From Octopus sinensis (lineage: Eukaryota), in NCBI RefSeq assembly GCF_006345805.1, contig NC_043002.1, positions 63,922,001 to 63,986,000 on the forward strand: a stretch of DNA of 64,000 bases. The letters are read 5' to 3'. How positions within the stretch are numbered: the first letter of the stretch is position 1; every line of letters starts with the position of its first letter. A program made the position numbers and the translations under genes. Positions 49,325 to 62,600 of this stretch are shown here, piece by piece. The notes beneath the pieces are model-generated. The model worked only from the letters and a program-made list of their open reading frames with translations. It was not told the DNA's origin and made no database searches.

Positions 49325-51659
49325 CAGTGGTTCTAAACTCGTTTGAAGTCAGAGAGCTCTTGAAACCCTACAAATAATTGTGAACGCACCATATACCTAT
49401 TTCTAAGCTAAATGGCAGAAAATAGCATATACCTTAAGATTCTTCTTTGTTGAGTTCATGGGAAACATTAGCTCGATATGTCTGTCAATTTCTTCAATGT
49501 CTGGGCGTATGTTTGAAAGACAAACTCGCATTTCTTCTTCAATGCATGTAAATGTTCCGCGTTTTTTGTACTTCGTAGTAGAAAGAGTGGAGAATCCCGA
49601 TTCACATAGATATGAAGTTGAAAATTGCTGCAAAACTGTAAGAGCTCTTTTAGAAATTGAAACATATTCATATTTTACAGAATTCCAGAAGGCTTCAAGT
49701 GACGTTTCCTTGTGTTTTATCATTAATCCACGGTCAGTAGATATAGCATCGAGTTCTCCATTCTATCAATGTTAATTCGAAATCCTTGGAACTTTCCCCG
49801 AATCGGTTTCTGATCCAGTCATATTGTTCAGTTTTCAGTGATTGTAAATACGAACTCACCTTTTCTTCTAAACTTGCTATATGCTCAACTATTAACGGGA
49901 GTGTTTCATTTATGCCTGTTTCACTTTGACTTGACAAAGCAAACGTTTCCAAATTCCCTTTGACAGCTTTTCGTTTCCAAATCTTAAGTTTTCTTTGGAA
50001 AGATTTCATTTTATCAGTGGACATTAGAACGTTTTCTTCTTTCTCTTGCATGCTAGTATTTAAAATATCGAGCTGCTGAAATATATCGGCCAAAATCGGT
50101 AACCTGGCAATCGAAAACGAAGGATGTCACAAAATTTAGATTGTTTCATTTCTTCAAAGAACGCCAGAAGTTCGTGTCGCTGATCATGTACACAGGTAAG
50201 TACTTTTCTTCTTGACAGCCACCTTACTTCGGTGTGTAAAAGTAGCTTTTGTGTTGAGAATCCATATCGGTACAAAACTGTTCGAATATACGAGATCTGA
50301 CAGGTCTTGTTTTAATAAAGTTTACCATCTGAACAACTTGATCTCAAACTTCTTTTAGTTTCTCTCGTAATGTTTTTGCCATCAAGGCCTCTCTATGAAG
50401 AAAGCAGTAAAATAACATTCTCATTTTGTTATTTTTTTACAAACGCTGTGAGACCCTTACCATAGCCTGCCATGGAAGGAGTTCCATCTGTACAAATAAC
50501 CACTCATGATTTCCATGATGGCTACCATTTATCAATGTATGTATTCAAAATGCTGAAAAAGTCATCTTTTTTAGTGACACTTAATTCTTTGCAAAAAAGA
50601 AACTGATTTGCTATTTGATCCTCATCGATAAAACAAATAAATGCTAAGAGTTGTGAATTGTTGGTGATGTATGTTGACTCATGAACTTACAATGCAAGAG
50701 ACGAATACTTAAGTTTATTTCTACATACATTTTCTCAATATCAGAAGACATTTCTAAAATGCTCCTGTGAATTGTATTGTTAAACAGTGGAATCTTGCTT
50801 ATTTCTTTTGCTCCTTCATTCCCAATCATTGACGAGACTACATTTTGCAATCAGGCAAAATGAGTCACTCGCCTATAATATGAGCCTTCATGTTTTGTGA
50901 TATCAGTTCTGAGACTTGGTAGGAAGTGATTTGAGCATTCGCAGAGACAGTAATTTTATTTATGAACGAATTTGCCGCTTTTAGTTTGCTTTTTAGACAA
51001 TCAAGATAATTTTTAGATTTATCTTGTAAATGAGGATGTTTAGGCTTTAAATGTTAGCTCAGTTTACTAGGCAGCAATGATTGATTTGACATTTTATTTC
51101 CACATAGTAAACTTCACTTCCAGTCCATGTGAAACCATATCTTAAATAACATCGTACTTGCGAATAGAATGCGGTTTCAGTTTCTTATTTGAACAGCTTG
51201 CTTCACTTAAATTTTGCTCACTTCTAGGCTCACATTCATCGATATCACGCTTCCTTTTAATAAGAAACCTATCCATTTTGTATGGGTTTACTTTTGTGCA
51301 AGTGAAAATAACAAAACTTCCACTCTGAACGCCTCTTTAACACACTTAAAACACAATGTCTGCTAACACCGACTGCAAGTGCCAAACAGCCGCTAGCTTA
51401 ACTGTTGCAGAGTCGTTCAAATCTCTTTTGAAACGTGTTCGCAACACGTATCGAACCTGCTTGAAGGCCTGAATTTAGCTGTTCGCTGCAAAGAAGAGTG
51501 CTGTTGTTATAATTTTGTGTTGACGGAAATACCGGTATATCCGTAAGGTAATATAAGATAGTAGATATGCATTTATTTATTTCTATAGCAATGGACATCT
51601 TTGGAAAATCTCAGGGCGTACCTAGATATCTGCTGGCGCGCATCTTTTGAGAACAACTG
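49325..51659 (-). mobile_element. hAT (Buster/ZBED5-like) DNA transposon, full length, transposase broken
   Basis: TIRs CAGTGGTTCTAAA / TTTGAGAACAACTG; 8-bp flanks GTATAAAC / AAATAAAC with central TA; broken ORF containing LLLHTEVRWLSR, LADIFQQLDILNTSMQ, FSTSYLCESGFSTL and MRVCLSNIRPDI. Confidence 0.93.
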
Positions 51660-51924
51660 AAATAAACAGTCTCATAAAATTAAGAAGTCAATAAAAGGAA
51701 AATGGAGAAGAAAAGTTTAAAGGATGTCTGGTCCATTTTATTTGTATTACAATTGGGAAATCAATGCAAATTAAAATATTAAAAGACATACATATAAGAA
51801 CAAGTATAAATGAAACCACATCAACAAAGTAATCCAACAGAATATCTTTTAGATATTTTGGGGGTTATTTTGTTGATGCGGTTCCTTTTACATTTGCACT
51901 TATACCCCCAGCCTATATGTATAT

Positions 51925-52260
51925 ATATATAATAAAATACAAAATGGGACAAGAGCGCAAAACATCCGGACAACTAGGTGATACAAAAAGGGACAACAAA
52001 ACATCCAGATAGCTGATACAAAAAAAAAACACGGACTTTTATCTTCAGTCAAGAACCGGATCATCCTCGCAAATCCGGCTGATTAATCTTGAGGTTGCTC
52101 CAATTTGGCCAGCCCCAAGGAAAAACTAAGCTAAGAGCATTAGATTCCTTGGAAAGAAGCATCGAATGTATACAAAAAAAGGACGGAAAAAAAGACGATG
52201 TTACACGAATATAAATACAAAAATACAATAAAAAACAATAATAATAATAACGTGACATAA
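51925..52260. mobile_element. Interspersed repeat (Penelope terminal-repeat-like, inferred)
   Basis: Shares about 95 bp (inverted) with 27288-27387; TA-flanked. The class assignment is inference. Confidence 0.5.
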
Positions 52261-52611
52261 AAACAGGCGTCTTTCGTCTGCAGACGAATTGAATTTAGCT
52301 GGCGTTTGTGGAAATGAAGCCTTACGGTAGAGGGGAAAATATCGATGTGGCAGTGACCGTGGTCAGACACAAAAAGGGCTAGTAGTCGACCAACGGTCAC
52401 GTGAGAAGAGAAAAGAGAAAAAGAAGAACAAAGGAATTAAAGAGGGGAAGAAGAGGAAGAGAGAGAGCGAGAGAAAATGTGTAGGAATAGATAGACAGAA
52501 GAATCAAGGAGTGGTGAGAAAAAAAGAGCGAGATAGGGACATAGTGAATTGCAAAGTGAGTAAGAAAGGCAAAGAAATGTGAGAGAGAGGGAGGAGAAAG
52601 ACTTGAAAAAC

Positions 52612-52760
52612 GACGGATTTATTTCAAATTCCGTCTACCAAAGCAGCTAACAAGGCTTTGGTCGGCCCGAGGCTATAGTAGAAAACACTTGCCCAAGGTA
52701 ACACGCAGTGGGACTGAAGCCAAAACCATGTGGTTGGGAAGCAAGCTTGCCACACAGCTA
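52612..52760 (-). mobile_element. SINE family A, 5' half
   Basis: TTCCGTCTACCAAA...GGCTTTGGTCGGCCCGAGGCTATAGTAGAAAACACTTGCCCAAGG...CGCAGTGGGACTGAA...GCCACACAGC. Confidence 0.9.
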
Positions 52761-54234
52761 TATATTTGTTCGTGTTGTTGATACCTCAGAGGGATATGAT
52801 TCTGAAAGGAAAACAACAGGCACTGGTTTTCCTACACTTCTTTCATTATTATCAACCAAATACCTAATCTTTTATCGATGCTGCGTTCATGTCAGCAAAA
52901 TATTTTCATCTTTCCTAACATGTGAAGTCAGAGAAATAGACCTATAATTTTCAGCATCCGCCCTCCATCGTGCTTTATGAAGAGAACATAGGAAAACCCT
53001 TTTTAATAAATGTTCTCAGAAACACGCAACAGGTAATGAGACTGAGAAATAGTTTCCACTGCAGTTTAACAGAAGTTTTTCATATATGTCTTTAAAAGAA
53101 TGACCGTAAATCCATTTTGCCCTCTTGCTGAATTCGAGTTCATTTCATCATTGCTCGATTTTACATCTTTATGACGATTGAAACGATGGCTTCCGCTTTC
53201 TCATGTATATTTGTGGTGTTAAAAGCTCCCGAAGCTTGTTATTTGCAAGGGTTTTGAAAACTATTAGGAATTGTTTTAGTATTTTGCCTATCCCTATTGA
53301 GATTGCAGCCAGTGAGCGAATGTTTGTAAGAATGTATGTATGTTTGTATGTATGTACGTATATATACATATACATACTGTTGTGTGGACGCCCCAAGACG
53401 ATGAAGTGGACTAGCCCAATACGTAGATATAGAGGGAGAAGTATAGACGTCAGGTCGAGAAGTGTGAAGTGAGTAGATAACATAACACATGCATACATAC
53501 ATAAATACATACATACATACATACATGCATAGATACAAACATACTTACATTCATTCCTATGTACAGTTAGAGGGATTTTGAGACAGACAGAAAGACAGAC
53601 AGGTGCATATACAGATAAACAGACAGAAAAGAATAGACGCTGATATTTCTGAATGCATGGTAAGATTCATCCTCAGACGGACAGAATTAGACATACAAAT
53701 TTATAATAAAGAGCAATGCTGTGGTTTCGTACGTGAACGGACTAGGCACATACAGCAGAAAAATTCGGTGACAAATTAACAATTTAAGTGATATAAAACA
53801 TTAGAATGAAGGAAAATTATCAAAGATAAAATTAAAGAATATTCAAAGAACAGGATAAACACATAAATGATATACTTATCGGCAATTCTGTGAGCACATG
53901 CCAATATCTCAAAAACGAATCACTTGTCAAAATGATATTCTATTAATAATTCAAATAGATTAAATTAGTAATATTTCAATGCTTACGTAGTTATGAAAAT
54001 TGTGTGTTTTTTGTGTGCTTGTACAAATTCATACATGCTTACATGCATACATACATACATACATACGTATGTATATACGTGTATATGTATATATGCGTAT
54101 GTTTGTGTTTATTTATATATTTGTGTAAATATACACACACATATATATATATATATATGCCTGTATGTAAGCGCGTACGCAAAAACACGCGTGCGCGTGC
54201 ACAGACGCACATGTATATACATGTCTGTATATTA

Positions 54235-54268
<34 letters not shown>

Positions 54269-54477
54269 TATATATATAATATATATATATATACCTATAT
54301 ATATGTATATACATATAGATATACATATATATGCACATATATATATATACATATATATATATATGATTGTATATAAGCGTGTATGCAATAGCGCGGGTGC
54401 GCACACACACATATACATAGCTGTATATATGAATATAAATATGTATATATATACGTATATACATGTATACATATATT

Positions 54478-54530
<53 letters not shown>

Positions 54531-54556
54531 ATATTTATACATACGTACGTACAAAT

Positions 54557-54598
<42 letters not shown>

Positions 54599-54916
54599 TT
54601 GGATGTATGTAAGTATGTATGTCTCTGTGTGTGTGAATGTATGTATTTATATGTATATGCTTGGTAGCTTTTGTACACACAAAAATTTCAGACACGTTTT
54701 CTGCAGTACTTCATATTTGAGTAGCTTTCATTTAACTCGATTACGATATTCCAGAATTTCTTGAACAAAAGGAAGCCAAATCTACACTTTAATAAGAATT
54801 GCTTGATGAGGAGAGTCTACTGACGAACCATTCCATTCTTATGCTCAAGTATGCAAATAGACACCACTTCCTTCTTTTGATAAAGATTCTTGAGGAATTT
54901 CGATTTTCATTTTCAG

Positions 54917-54963
54917 CGATTAAGTGTTGACTCATTTGAAAAACCTGTGCAAGAAATTGAAAT
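54917..54963 (+). CDS. Candidate 47-nt exon (RLSVDSFEKPVQEIE)
   Basis: TTTTCATTTTCAG acceptor and AAT|GTATGT donor; only one frame is open. Confidence 0.25.
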
Positions 54964-55007
54964 GTATGTATACACATACACACACCACACACACACACAC
55001 ACACACG

Positions 55008-55079
<72 letters not shown>

Positions 55080-55397
55080 TTCATGTGTATATGTGAGTGT
55101 TTATTAGCATGTGATAAGTGTCTATGTAGACTTACACCTGCTTAGACGAGAACGCACACACATACACTTGTATGCCACCGTAAATGCAGTCAATGGTTTG
55201 TTTTTTAAAATTAAATTTAAGTACTTGTATTCATGTATATATTAATATAATGATACAGGCATGTAATTAAATAAATACATGTATATGTCCACACTATGTA
55301 TATAAATGCATACATAAATACAGACAGACAAACGCCCACACACAGAAACATATACATACACACACACATACATGCATACATACACACACATACACAC

Positions 55398-55466
<69 letters not shown>

Positions 55467-55499
55467 AGTGTACGTATATGTATATATTAGAACTCTTAA

Positions 55500-56150
55500 T
55501 CGAATTTTAGAAAAGGATAAAATATATTAGTATATAAATGAACATTAGTATACTAATAGTTTTATGATGATCAATGTAGGAAAAGTTCAAACAATCATTG
55601 GATGGTTGCAGGTATGGCTTATGACCCAGTTACGGCACACATACATTGATAGGGACTTTCTTCACAAAGGCTTCCTTCGTAAGCAATTTCGGTAAAATTT
55701 AATCAACATTCTTCATCCTTTTTAATGTTCAGACCACTGTTTGATATTTTCTTGTATATTTTGTTATGGAATAATTTAACAAAGCCTTCATTCAAACTTA
55801 AGCATAGTTTTCCCTTTCTTTTCTCTGGACGTGGCGCCCCCATTTCAATTTGCTATTCCATGTATTGTCCTTTCTTCTAAACACATGTCCCGCAAAAGAT
55901 CGTTTCAGAGTTTGTATTTTCCAGATACAATCTGTTGCTACTCCTCCATTTTGTTAATATTCAGTATTTTCGTTTCAATGGCGTCTTTTGTTGATCTTAA
56001 TTTATTTAGAATAATTTTTCTTTAGTAGTTCATGTCTCTGATGTATCAATTATTGTAGGCAGCTCGCAATTGTTCAAGGCATTTGTTTTTAGAGACATGA
56101 GCAAAGTGAATCACCAAAGACACAACTGGGTAATCATTTCAAATATTTTA
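55500..56150 (-). mobile_element. RTE-like LINE 3' fragment
   Basis: KRSFAGHVFRRKDNTWNSKLKW resembles the RTE RLRWAGHVxR...RW motif. Confidence 0.65.
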
Positions 56151-56707
56151 GAAATTATTATTAATTTTCATTCGAATTGGTTAGGAAGGCATGAAAAATG
56201 TGATATTCTGGATAGTAAGAGAGCAGAATTTAAGAACAATTAGGAGAAAAAGAAGTAAATGAAATACGAAGGTGAGCTGAGGTCTAATTTCGGCAGTTAT
56301 AAAATATCTAAGAACATCAATTGTAAAAATTACGGGTGTTGCAGATTTTAATAGTTTCCCTGTTTGTCGAATATGCATTACTGAAAAGAGTAGTGCTCTT
56401 TTGTAGCGATATATTCATCATCCTAAGTGTCATAATTTTAATGCCTGATAGAACTTAACATTAGTTGGCGCTTTCGAGAAGATGGCTTTAATGTACGGTA
56501 CAAAGCAAACGCTGAAATATATCACCCACTTTCCATATAATTATGTATATGTTCTCACGAGACTGTGTATCCGCGTTTGCATTTCAAGAGTCAGGAGAGA
56601 CCTGAATATAATATTAAATTGATAAGATCAATTTCGGGATTTCTGGAGTCGTGAAGATCATAGAATCGCCGCGTAATTGCAATTACACACAAATATATGT
56701 ATGTATG

Positions 56708-56773
<66 letters not shown>

Positions 56774-56899
56774 CATGTATGTATGTATATGCATATGTAT
56801 ATATATATATATATATATATATCATCATCATTATTATTATTATTATTATTTTTATTATCATTATTATTATTGTTGCTGTTGTTGATGTTTATTGGGGTT

Positions 56900-57090
56900 A
56901 GTATCCAGCTCTCTTAACCAGTACGCCATATGCACAAGTTCGAAATTTCCTCAAGTTAACGCATGAAAGCAGGACGGTATATCAGCCGAAACGTTGTGTT
57001 AACTACAAACAAGATGAGGACAAATATCCGGGAAATGTAAACATTGTAAATAATGGACGTATTTCCTCATCTCTTGAATGTAGAACTATA
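56900..57090 (+). mobile_element. Penelope terminal-repeat-like element with decayed hammerhead
   Basis: ...ATATCAGCCGAAACGTTGTGTTAAC...; upstream GTTAACGC can pair with downstream GTGTTAAC. Confidence 0.55.
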
Positions 57091-57659
57091 TGTATTTATT
57101 TATGTATGTATGTATGTATGTATGTATGTATGTATGTATGTATGTATGTATGTATGTATGTATGTATGTATGTGTACACATAGACACACAAAAACGCATA
57201 TAACATTTACGTATACAGACATATGTTCATGCAAACAATTGAAAATGAATGAAATAGGGAGCAAGATTGAAGTGATTGAGAGGCTTACTGCTTAACCATG
57301 TACGTATATATGTCACCATCAGTGAGAGTTACCTTCCATCGTTATTTTGTTCAGAACTAGGGAAATGATGTTATGTTTAATTTTATTCACGGAACATAAC
57401 AATGAATATTTCCGCGATGCATAAGTAAAAGTATAAATGCAAATACGCACACACGTACACGCACACACAGACACACATACTCTCACACACATACATATAC
57501 ACGTACATCTGTAAGAACATATCGGAGCATGAAACAGCTGATAAACACACATACACACACTGGTATACACAAACATAATAAAGATGTAAGTGAATATACA
57601 TATGTGTGTGCATATATGTATGTATGTATATATATACATATATATATATATATATACAG

Positions 57660-57831
<172 letters not shown>

Positions 57832-58534
57832 AAGCGTGAGAATACATGTTTGTATGGAGATGTCTGTGTGTCCGGGTATGATGGTAGATGACTAGATAAT
57901 TAGAGAAAAAGTTAGTTATAACATGTTAGATTGTTCACTTTCATTTGCTTCAACATCGCCACTGGCTATTTCTCATTAGAATCATTTCCTATTAATCAAC
58001 TTCCCATATGATCTCTTTACTTCTTCATTCATTTTCGTCTTTAGATTTATGTGTTAGCCGAAAGCGTATTATACATGCATCTTAAAATTTTTGTTCTTGC
58101 ATTTTATTAATCTTTTATGTTTCTTCCACATCCTTTTTTTTTTCATCTATAGTACACATTGTTTTGATGTTTTGTAACTATGTATATATTCGCTTGATTA
58201 GCAGGCATATAGATATATATGTGTGTATGTGTTTGTGTGTGTGTGTGTCTTTGTAAGTAATTCATACACATACGCATCTGTATGAAATTACTTCTGTGAA
58301 TTTCAATACGTGTTTTAAGTGTTTTATATATAGATTTATTGAATGCATATATTTATACCTACGTATATATATGCATAAGATTTCTGATGACGGCGTTTAC
58401 ATTTCCTAATTCATTCAGAAATGCCACGCTGTCTCCCTCTACGACTTTTACTACTTGTATTTCTTATTACTTTCAGTCAAATCATTCACCAACTAACTAC
58501 AATTGCCATATCCTCAAATGTTCCTGCCGTTACC

Positions 58535-58565
58535 ACCACTGCTACTACTACTGCTACTACTACTG

Positions 58566-58643
<78 letters not shown>

Positions 58644-58690
58644 ATAATAATAATGATATTAATAATAATAATAATGATAATAATAATAAC

Positions 58691-58786
<96 letters not shown>

Positions 58787-58800
58787 AAGAATAGCAATAA
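58535..58800. repeat. Compound (TAC)n/(AAT)n/(AAG)n microsatellite
   Basis: Direct inspection. Confidence 0.95.
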
Positions 58801-58807
58801 TATTAAT

Positions 58808-59940
58808 TAGATTGAAGCTATCAACACATGGGCTGTTTCATTCATTATATATGGAGCGGGGGGTAATCGCATGGACAGTAGACGAACTGAGGAGCTTGGT
58901 CAGAAAGACAAGGAAGTTGCTGACCAGATATGGGTCGCTCCACCCAAAAAGTGATACAGGCAGACTGTATGTACCAAGAAAAAGGGGTAAAAGGACTGAC
59001 TGGATGCCAACGCAGCATTAGAGCAGACGAGAACAACATAGCATGGTATGTAACAAAAAAATGCCACACGACCGCTATTATTGAAAGTAAGGTCAGTCTT
59101 GTGTAGGATGGAAGCTTGAAAACTTAAAGCACTGTACAAACACTTGAGAATGAATGGAACTAAAAAGATAGGTGGATAATAAAAAAGAATGCATGGACAA
59201 TTTCATAGGAATGTTGAAGATAGACAGAAAAAGAAGATGACTATGGATGGCTACAAGTGATTTAAAACCGGAAACAGAATCTCTAATATGTGCTGCCCAA
59301 GAGCAAGCATTAAGAATGGACTGCAGCAAATACAGAATAGACAACACAGAAAAAGATAAGTGTATAGTTTGTGCGCACAATGGTGAAACCGTATGGCATA
59401 TTACCAGTGAATGTACGCCGGTAGCTCAGAAAGAATATAAGAGGCGTCAGGACAGTGTAGAATGAATTGTCCATTAGATATTTGGCAACAATTACGCACT
59501 TGGCAAACTAAAATATTAGTAATAATATAACCCCGAAGGCATCATCGAAAATGATAATGCAAAGATCCAATGGGATTTTAGGATTCAGTGGATCCATGAG
59601 ATAGAGAATAGGAAGCCAGACATAGTGCTTATTGGGAATGAAGGGAAACGATGCTGGGTCATAGATATAGCATGCCCCGATAGATATGACATGTTAGCTT
59701 AAGAGGTTATGCAGTTGTGGTCGATGAAAAAGGTGATAGTAGTACGAATAATAGTCGGAGCCCTGGGAAGAGTGAGTAAAAATCTTGAGAAGTACATGGA
59801 ACAAATAGGGGCTGCCATAAGGGTGCATAATTTGCAGAAATCAGCACTGCTTGGAATGCTCCTGATGGTGCTCGAAAAGTAAGTGGTATTGCCTTAGCTC
59901 ACTAGTAGTGAACAGTTGACACCGTAGTACAACTCCAGTA
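58808..59940 (+). mobile_element. R4/Dong-type LINE, 5'-truncated, 3' end intact
   Basis: IEAINTWAVS...LHPKSDTGRLYVPRK...DLKPETESLICAAQEQALR...CIVCAHNGETVWHITSEC (CCHC)...NRKPDIVL...CWVIDIACP...QKSALLG; 3' UTR then (AAT)n(AAC)n tail. Confidence 0.93.
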
Positions 59941-60039
59941 TTAGAATCTGTGCAAAGAGAATGAATAAATAATAATAACAACAACAACAACAACAACAAT
60001 AATAATAATGATGATAAAAGTAATAATAATAGTAATAAT

Positions 60040-60365
60040 GAAGACCAGATTTTTTGTAGATAAAAGAAAAAAGAAAACTAAGATTATATATATTGCTATA
60101 GAGGGAGACGCATACATAGTCGACAAAGAGTTAGAAAACTTGGAAATATACAATTTACTCAGAGACGAAATTGTCTGTATATAAGCATTGGAAAATTGCA
60201 ACTGTCGTCGCAGTAGTTTTAGGGGCACTTGGAACACTAACAACCTAGTTCGAAAATTATGTCGGAGAAACAGGAATTCATATGCAGGTTGAAAATTCAC
60301 AAAAACTGCACTATTGGGCCATCGAGAACTTTAAGGTTAGTACTTGGGTGTTCAGTATCTTCCTC
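60040..60365 (+). mobile_element. R4/Dong-type LINE 3' fragment
   Basis: Frameshifted remnant of KLE.Y..LRDEI...VVV.GALGT...IHMQVENSQKTALLG. Confidence 0.7.
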
Positions 60366-60438
60366 GATACTTCACATCGAGATACAATAGAGATACAACA
60401 TTTCTAAATCTTGCAGAGTGATTTATGCAGTAGCAGCA

Positions 60439-60701
60439 CGATAAAGTGATAGTATGTTGTTGACTTAATGTAACAGTCCTATAAAAGAGAAGAATGCTAC
60501 TGTTATTTAGCCATAGGAATCACCGTTTCCTGTGCGACTTGACAGATTTTTAAGTCCTTATGTTCATTTTGAAAACATAAGAACACATGAAATGTGACAA
60601 GTCCAACAGGAAACGGCGTTTCCTAGAGATAAATAACAGTAGCATTGTCTCCTTTCATGGGACTGTCAACATTAAGTTGACAATATACTATCACTTTATC
60701 G
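60439..60701. mobile_element. Foldback/MITE (about 105-bp inverted arms)
   Basis: CGATAAAGTGATAGTAT...ACAGTCC...GCTACTGTTATTTA / TAAATAACAGTAGC...GGACTGT...ATACTATCACTTTATCG. Confidence 0.85.
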
Positions 60702-60879
60702 AGATACAAGTTTTATAATTCGAGTAGGGACCATACGAGAACCTGCGAGACCCTGCGAGCGACATTTGACGACATATTCCGATACGCTTTCACAGAATTA
60801 ACTGGAGCAAGTAAGATCGATGGCACTGAGAAGTAAAATAATATAGTAATAAAATAGTAATAGAAAAAAAAATAATAAT

Positions 60880-61045
60880 AATTTCAAATTTTGACACAAG
60901 GTCAGTAGTCTTGTCGGGAGAGGTAAGTCGATTAGATCGACCCCATTGTTCAAATGATACTCATATTATTGACCCCCGAATATATGAAAGTCAAAATTGT
61001 CCCCCGCAGAATCTGAACTGCAGAACGTTGAGGGGACGAAATGCC
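60880..61045 (-). mobile_element. SINE family B, decayed
   Basis: TTTCAAATTTTGACACAAGG...GGTAAGTCGATTAGATCGACCCC...TGAAAGTCAAAATTG...CAGAACGT. Confidence 0.7.
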
Positions 61046-61061
61046 GGTGCGTAGCCGTAAA

Positions 61062-61293
61062 GCCGGCGAGCTGGCAGAATCGTTAGCACGCCTCGCGAAA
61101 TGCGTAGCCGTATTTCGTCTGCCGTTATGTTCTGAGTTCAAATTCCGCCGAGGTCGACTTTGCCTTTCATCCTTTCGGGGTCGATAAATTAAGTACCAGT
61201 TACGTACTGGGGTCGATATAATCGACTTAATCCGTTTGTCTGTCCTTGTTTGTCCTCTCTGTGTTTAGCCCCTTTGTGGGTAGTAAAGAAATA
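61062..61293 (+). mobile_element. SINE family B, best-preserved copy
   Basis: GGCGAGCTGGCAGAATCGTTAGCAC (A box), GAGTTCAAATTCC (B box), central GCCTTTCATCCTTTCGGGGTCGATAAATTAAGTACCAG (resembles the Meta/MESC SINE domain as I recall it), tail ...GTGGGTAGTAAAGAAAT. Confidence 0.92.
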
Positions 61294-62109
61294 GGTATGT
61301 ATTTTGTAAGACGTGCCACCGATTCTGTTTGGTGGCCGTCGAATTACATTAGTAGTTATACTACTACCACGGGAGCAACACCACCAACACCACCACTACT
61401 ACCACGACAACCATCACCACCGCCACCAACACCACCACCACCAACACCACCACCACTGCTACTACTACTACTACTACTACTACTAATACTACTACTACTA
61501 CTGCTGCCGCTGCTGCTGCTATTCATGTTGCTTATGAATATCAGAACATTTGAAATCTATAAGGAATTTGAAGCTATATTCGTATTGTTAATTTATTCGA
61601 GGCCCTTACAGTTTTGCGTGGACTGTAGTCGGTTTTATCGTTGCTGCTACTGCATAACTGGTAGAAGGAATTCGAAAGTAAACATGCATACGATACAAAG
61701 TAAATTTCACCCTCAAGTATCAATAAGTAAAATGAAAGACTTAAATATTTCAAATATTAATTCTAGTCCCTTCAGAGAATGTAACAATCATTATTGCTGC
61801 AAAAGGCTCTTGGCAACAAATAGCGATTGGGAGCCTGCAGAATCGATTATATAGATGGCGCTACTTAACTGAACCTTAACTAGTGAAAATATTAAAGGAT
61901 GATAGCAAATATTAAAGGGCGAAAATGTAAGATGAAGTTACCAGCCAATTACATTTGCAACATCCAGGAATTAAGAAAATTGTTGCAAGAATTGGTGGAG
62001 TTCTGAAATTAGAAATATCTATTTATAAGCTGCTGAAGATACCGGAGAAAATATTTCATTCCTATCTATATATATATATATATATATATATATCTATTTA
62101 TCTATCTAA

Positions 62110-62600
62110 TTCTGCATTATAGACAAACCCGCCTACAACGAACTAGATATCGAACACCTGAGTGACAACACACCATACGAAAAGATTCACAACATCACAC
62201 CTCACCAACTGGAGTCCAGCATCAACACCAGCTGGATCAACCTTTGTCAAAAGGAAACTGACTAAGAAGACTAAACTGAACTACACATCTAACATCACCA
62301 CCCTTCCATTCTTCTAAAATTTAGTGAAAACCCACAAACACGAACCTAATCTTAAAATTAGACCCATATTATCAGGAGTTAATTGTCCTTTCTATAAGAT
62401 TTTTTGCTCCTCTCTAAACGCCTCAAGCCATTACTACACACAGTTCCCGGACACGCCAGAAGCTCCCACAAAATTTTCACAAGACTCAAATATATCTACC
62501 CTTGCTTACTTAAAACTAGCAAAAACCATTTTAGTTTAGATATAGTCTCCCTCTACACCTCTGTACTCCTCGCTCTCCGGCCATCGATATCCTCATAGAT
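62110..62600 (+). mobile_element. Penelope-like retroelement RT fragment
   Basis: KTHKHEPNLKIRPILSGVNCP...HFSLDIVSLYTSV, matching the Penelope-like RT motifs PKxHK...RPIxS and SLDVxSLYT; frameshifted. Confidence 0.8.

Noticed and set aside
58421-59021. Poly-T/N/K and poly-L/I/R ORFs
   Set aside because: Compound microsatellite reading into a LINE fragment.
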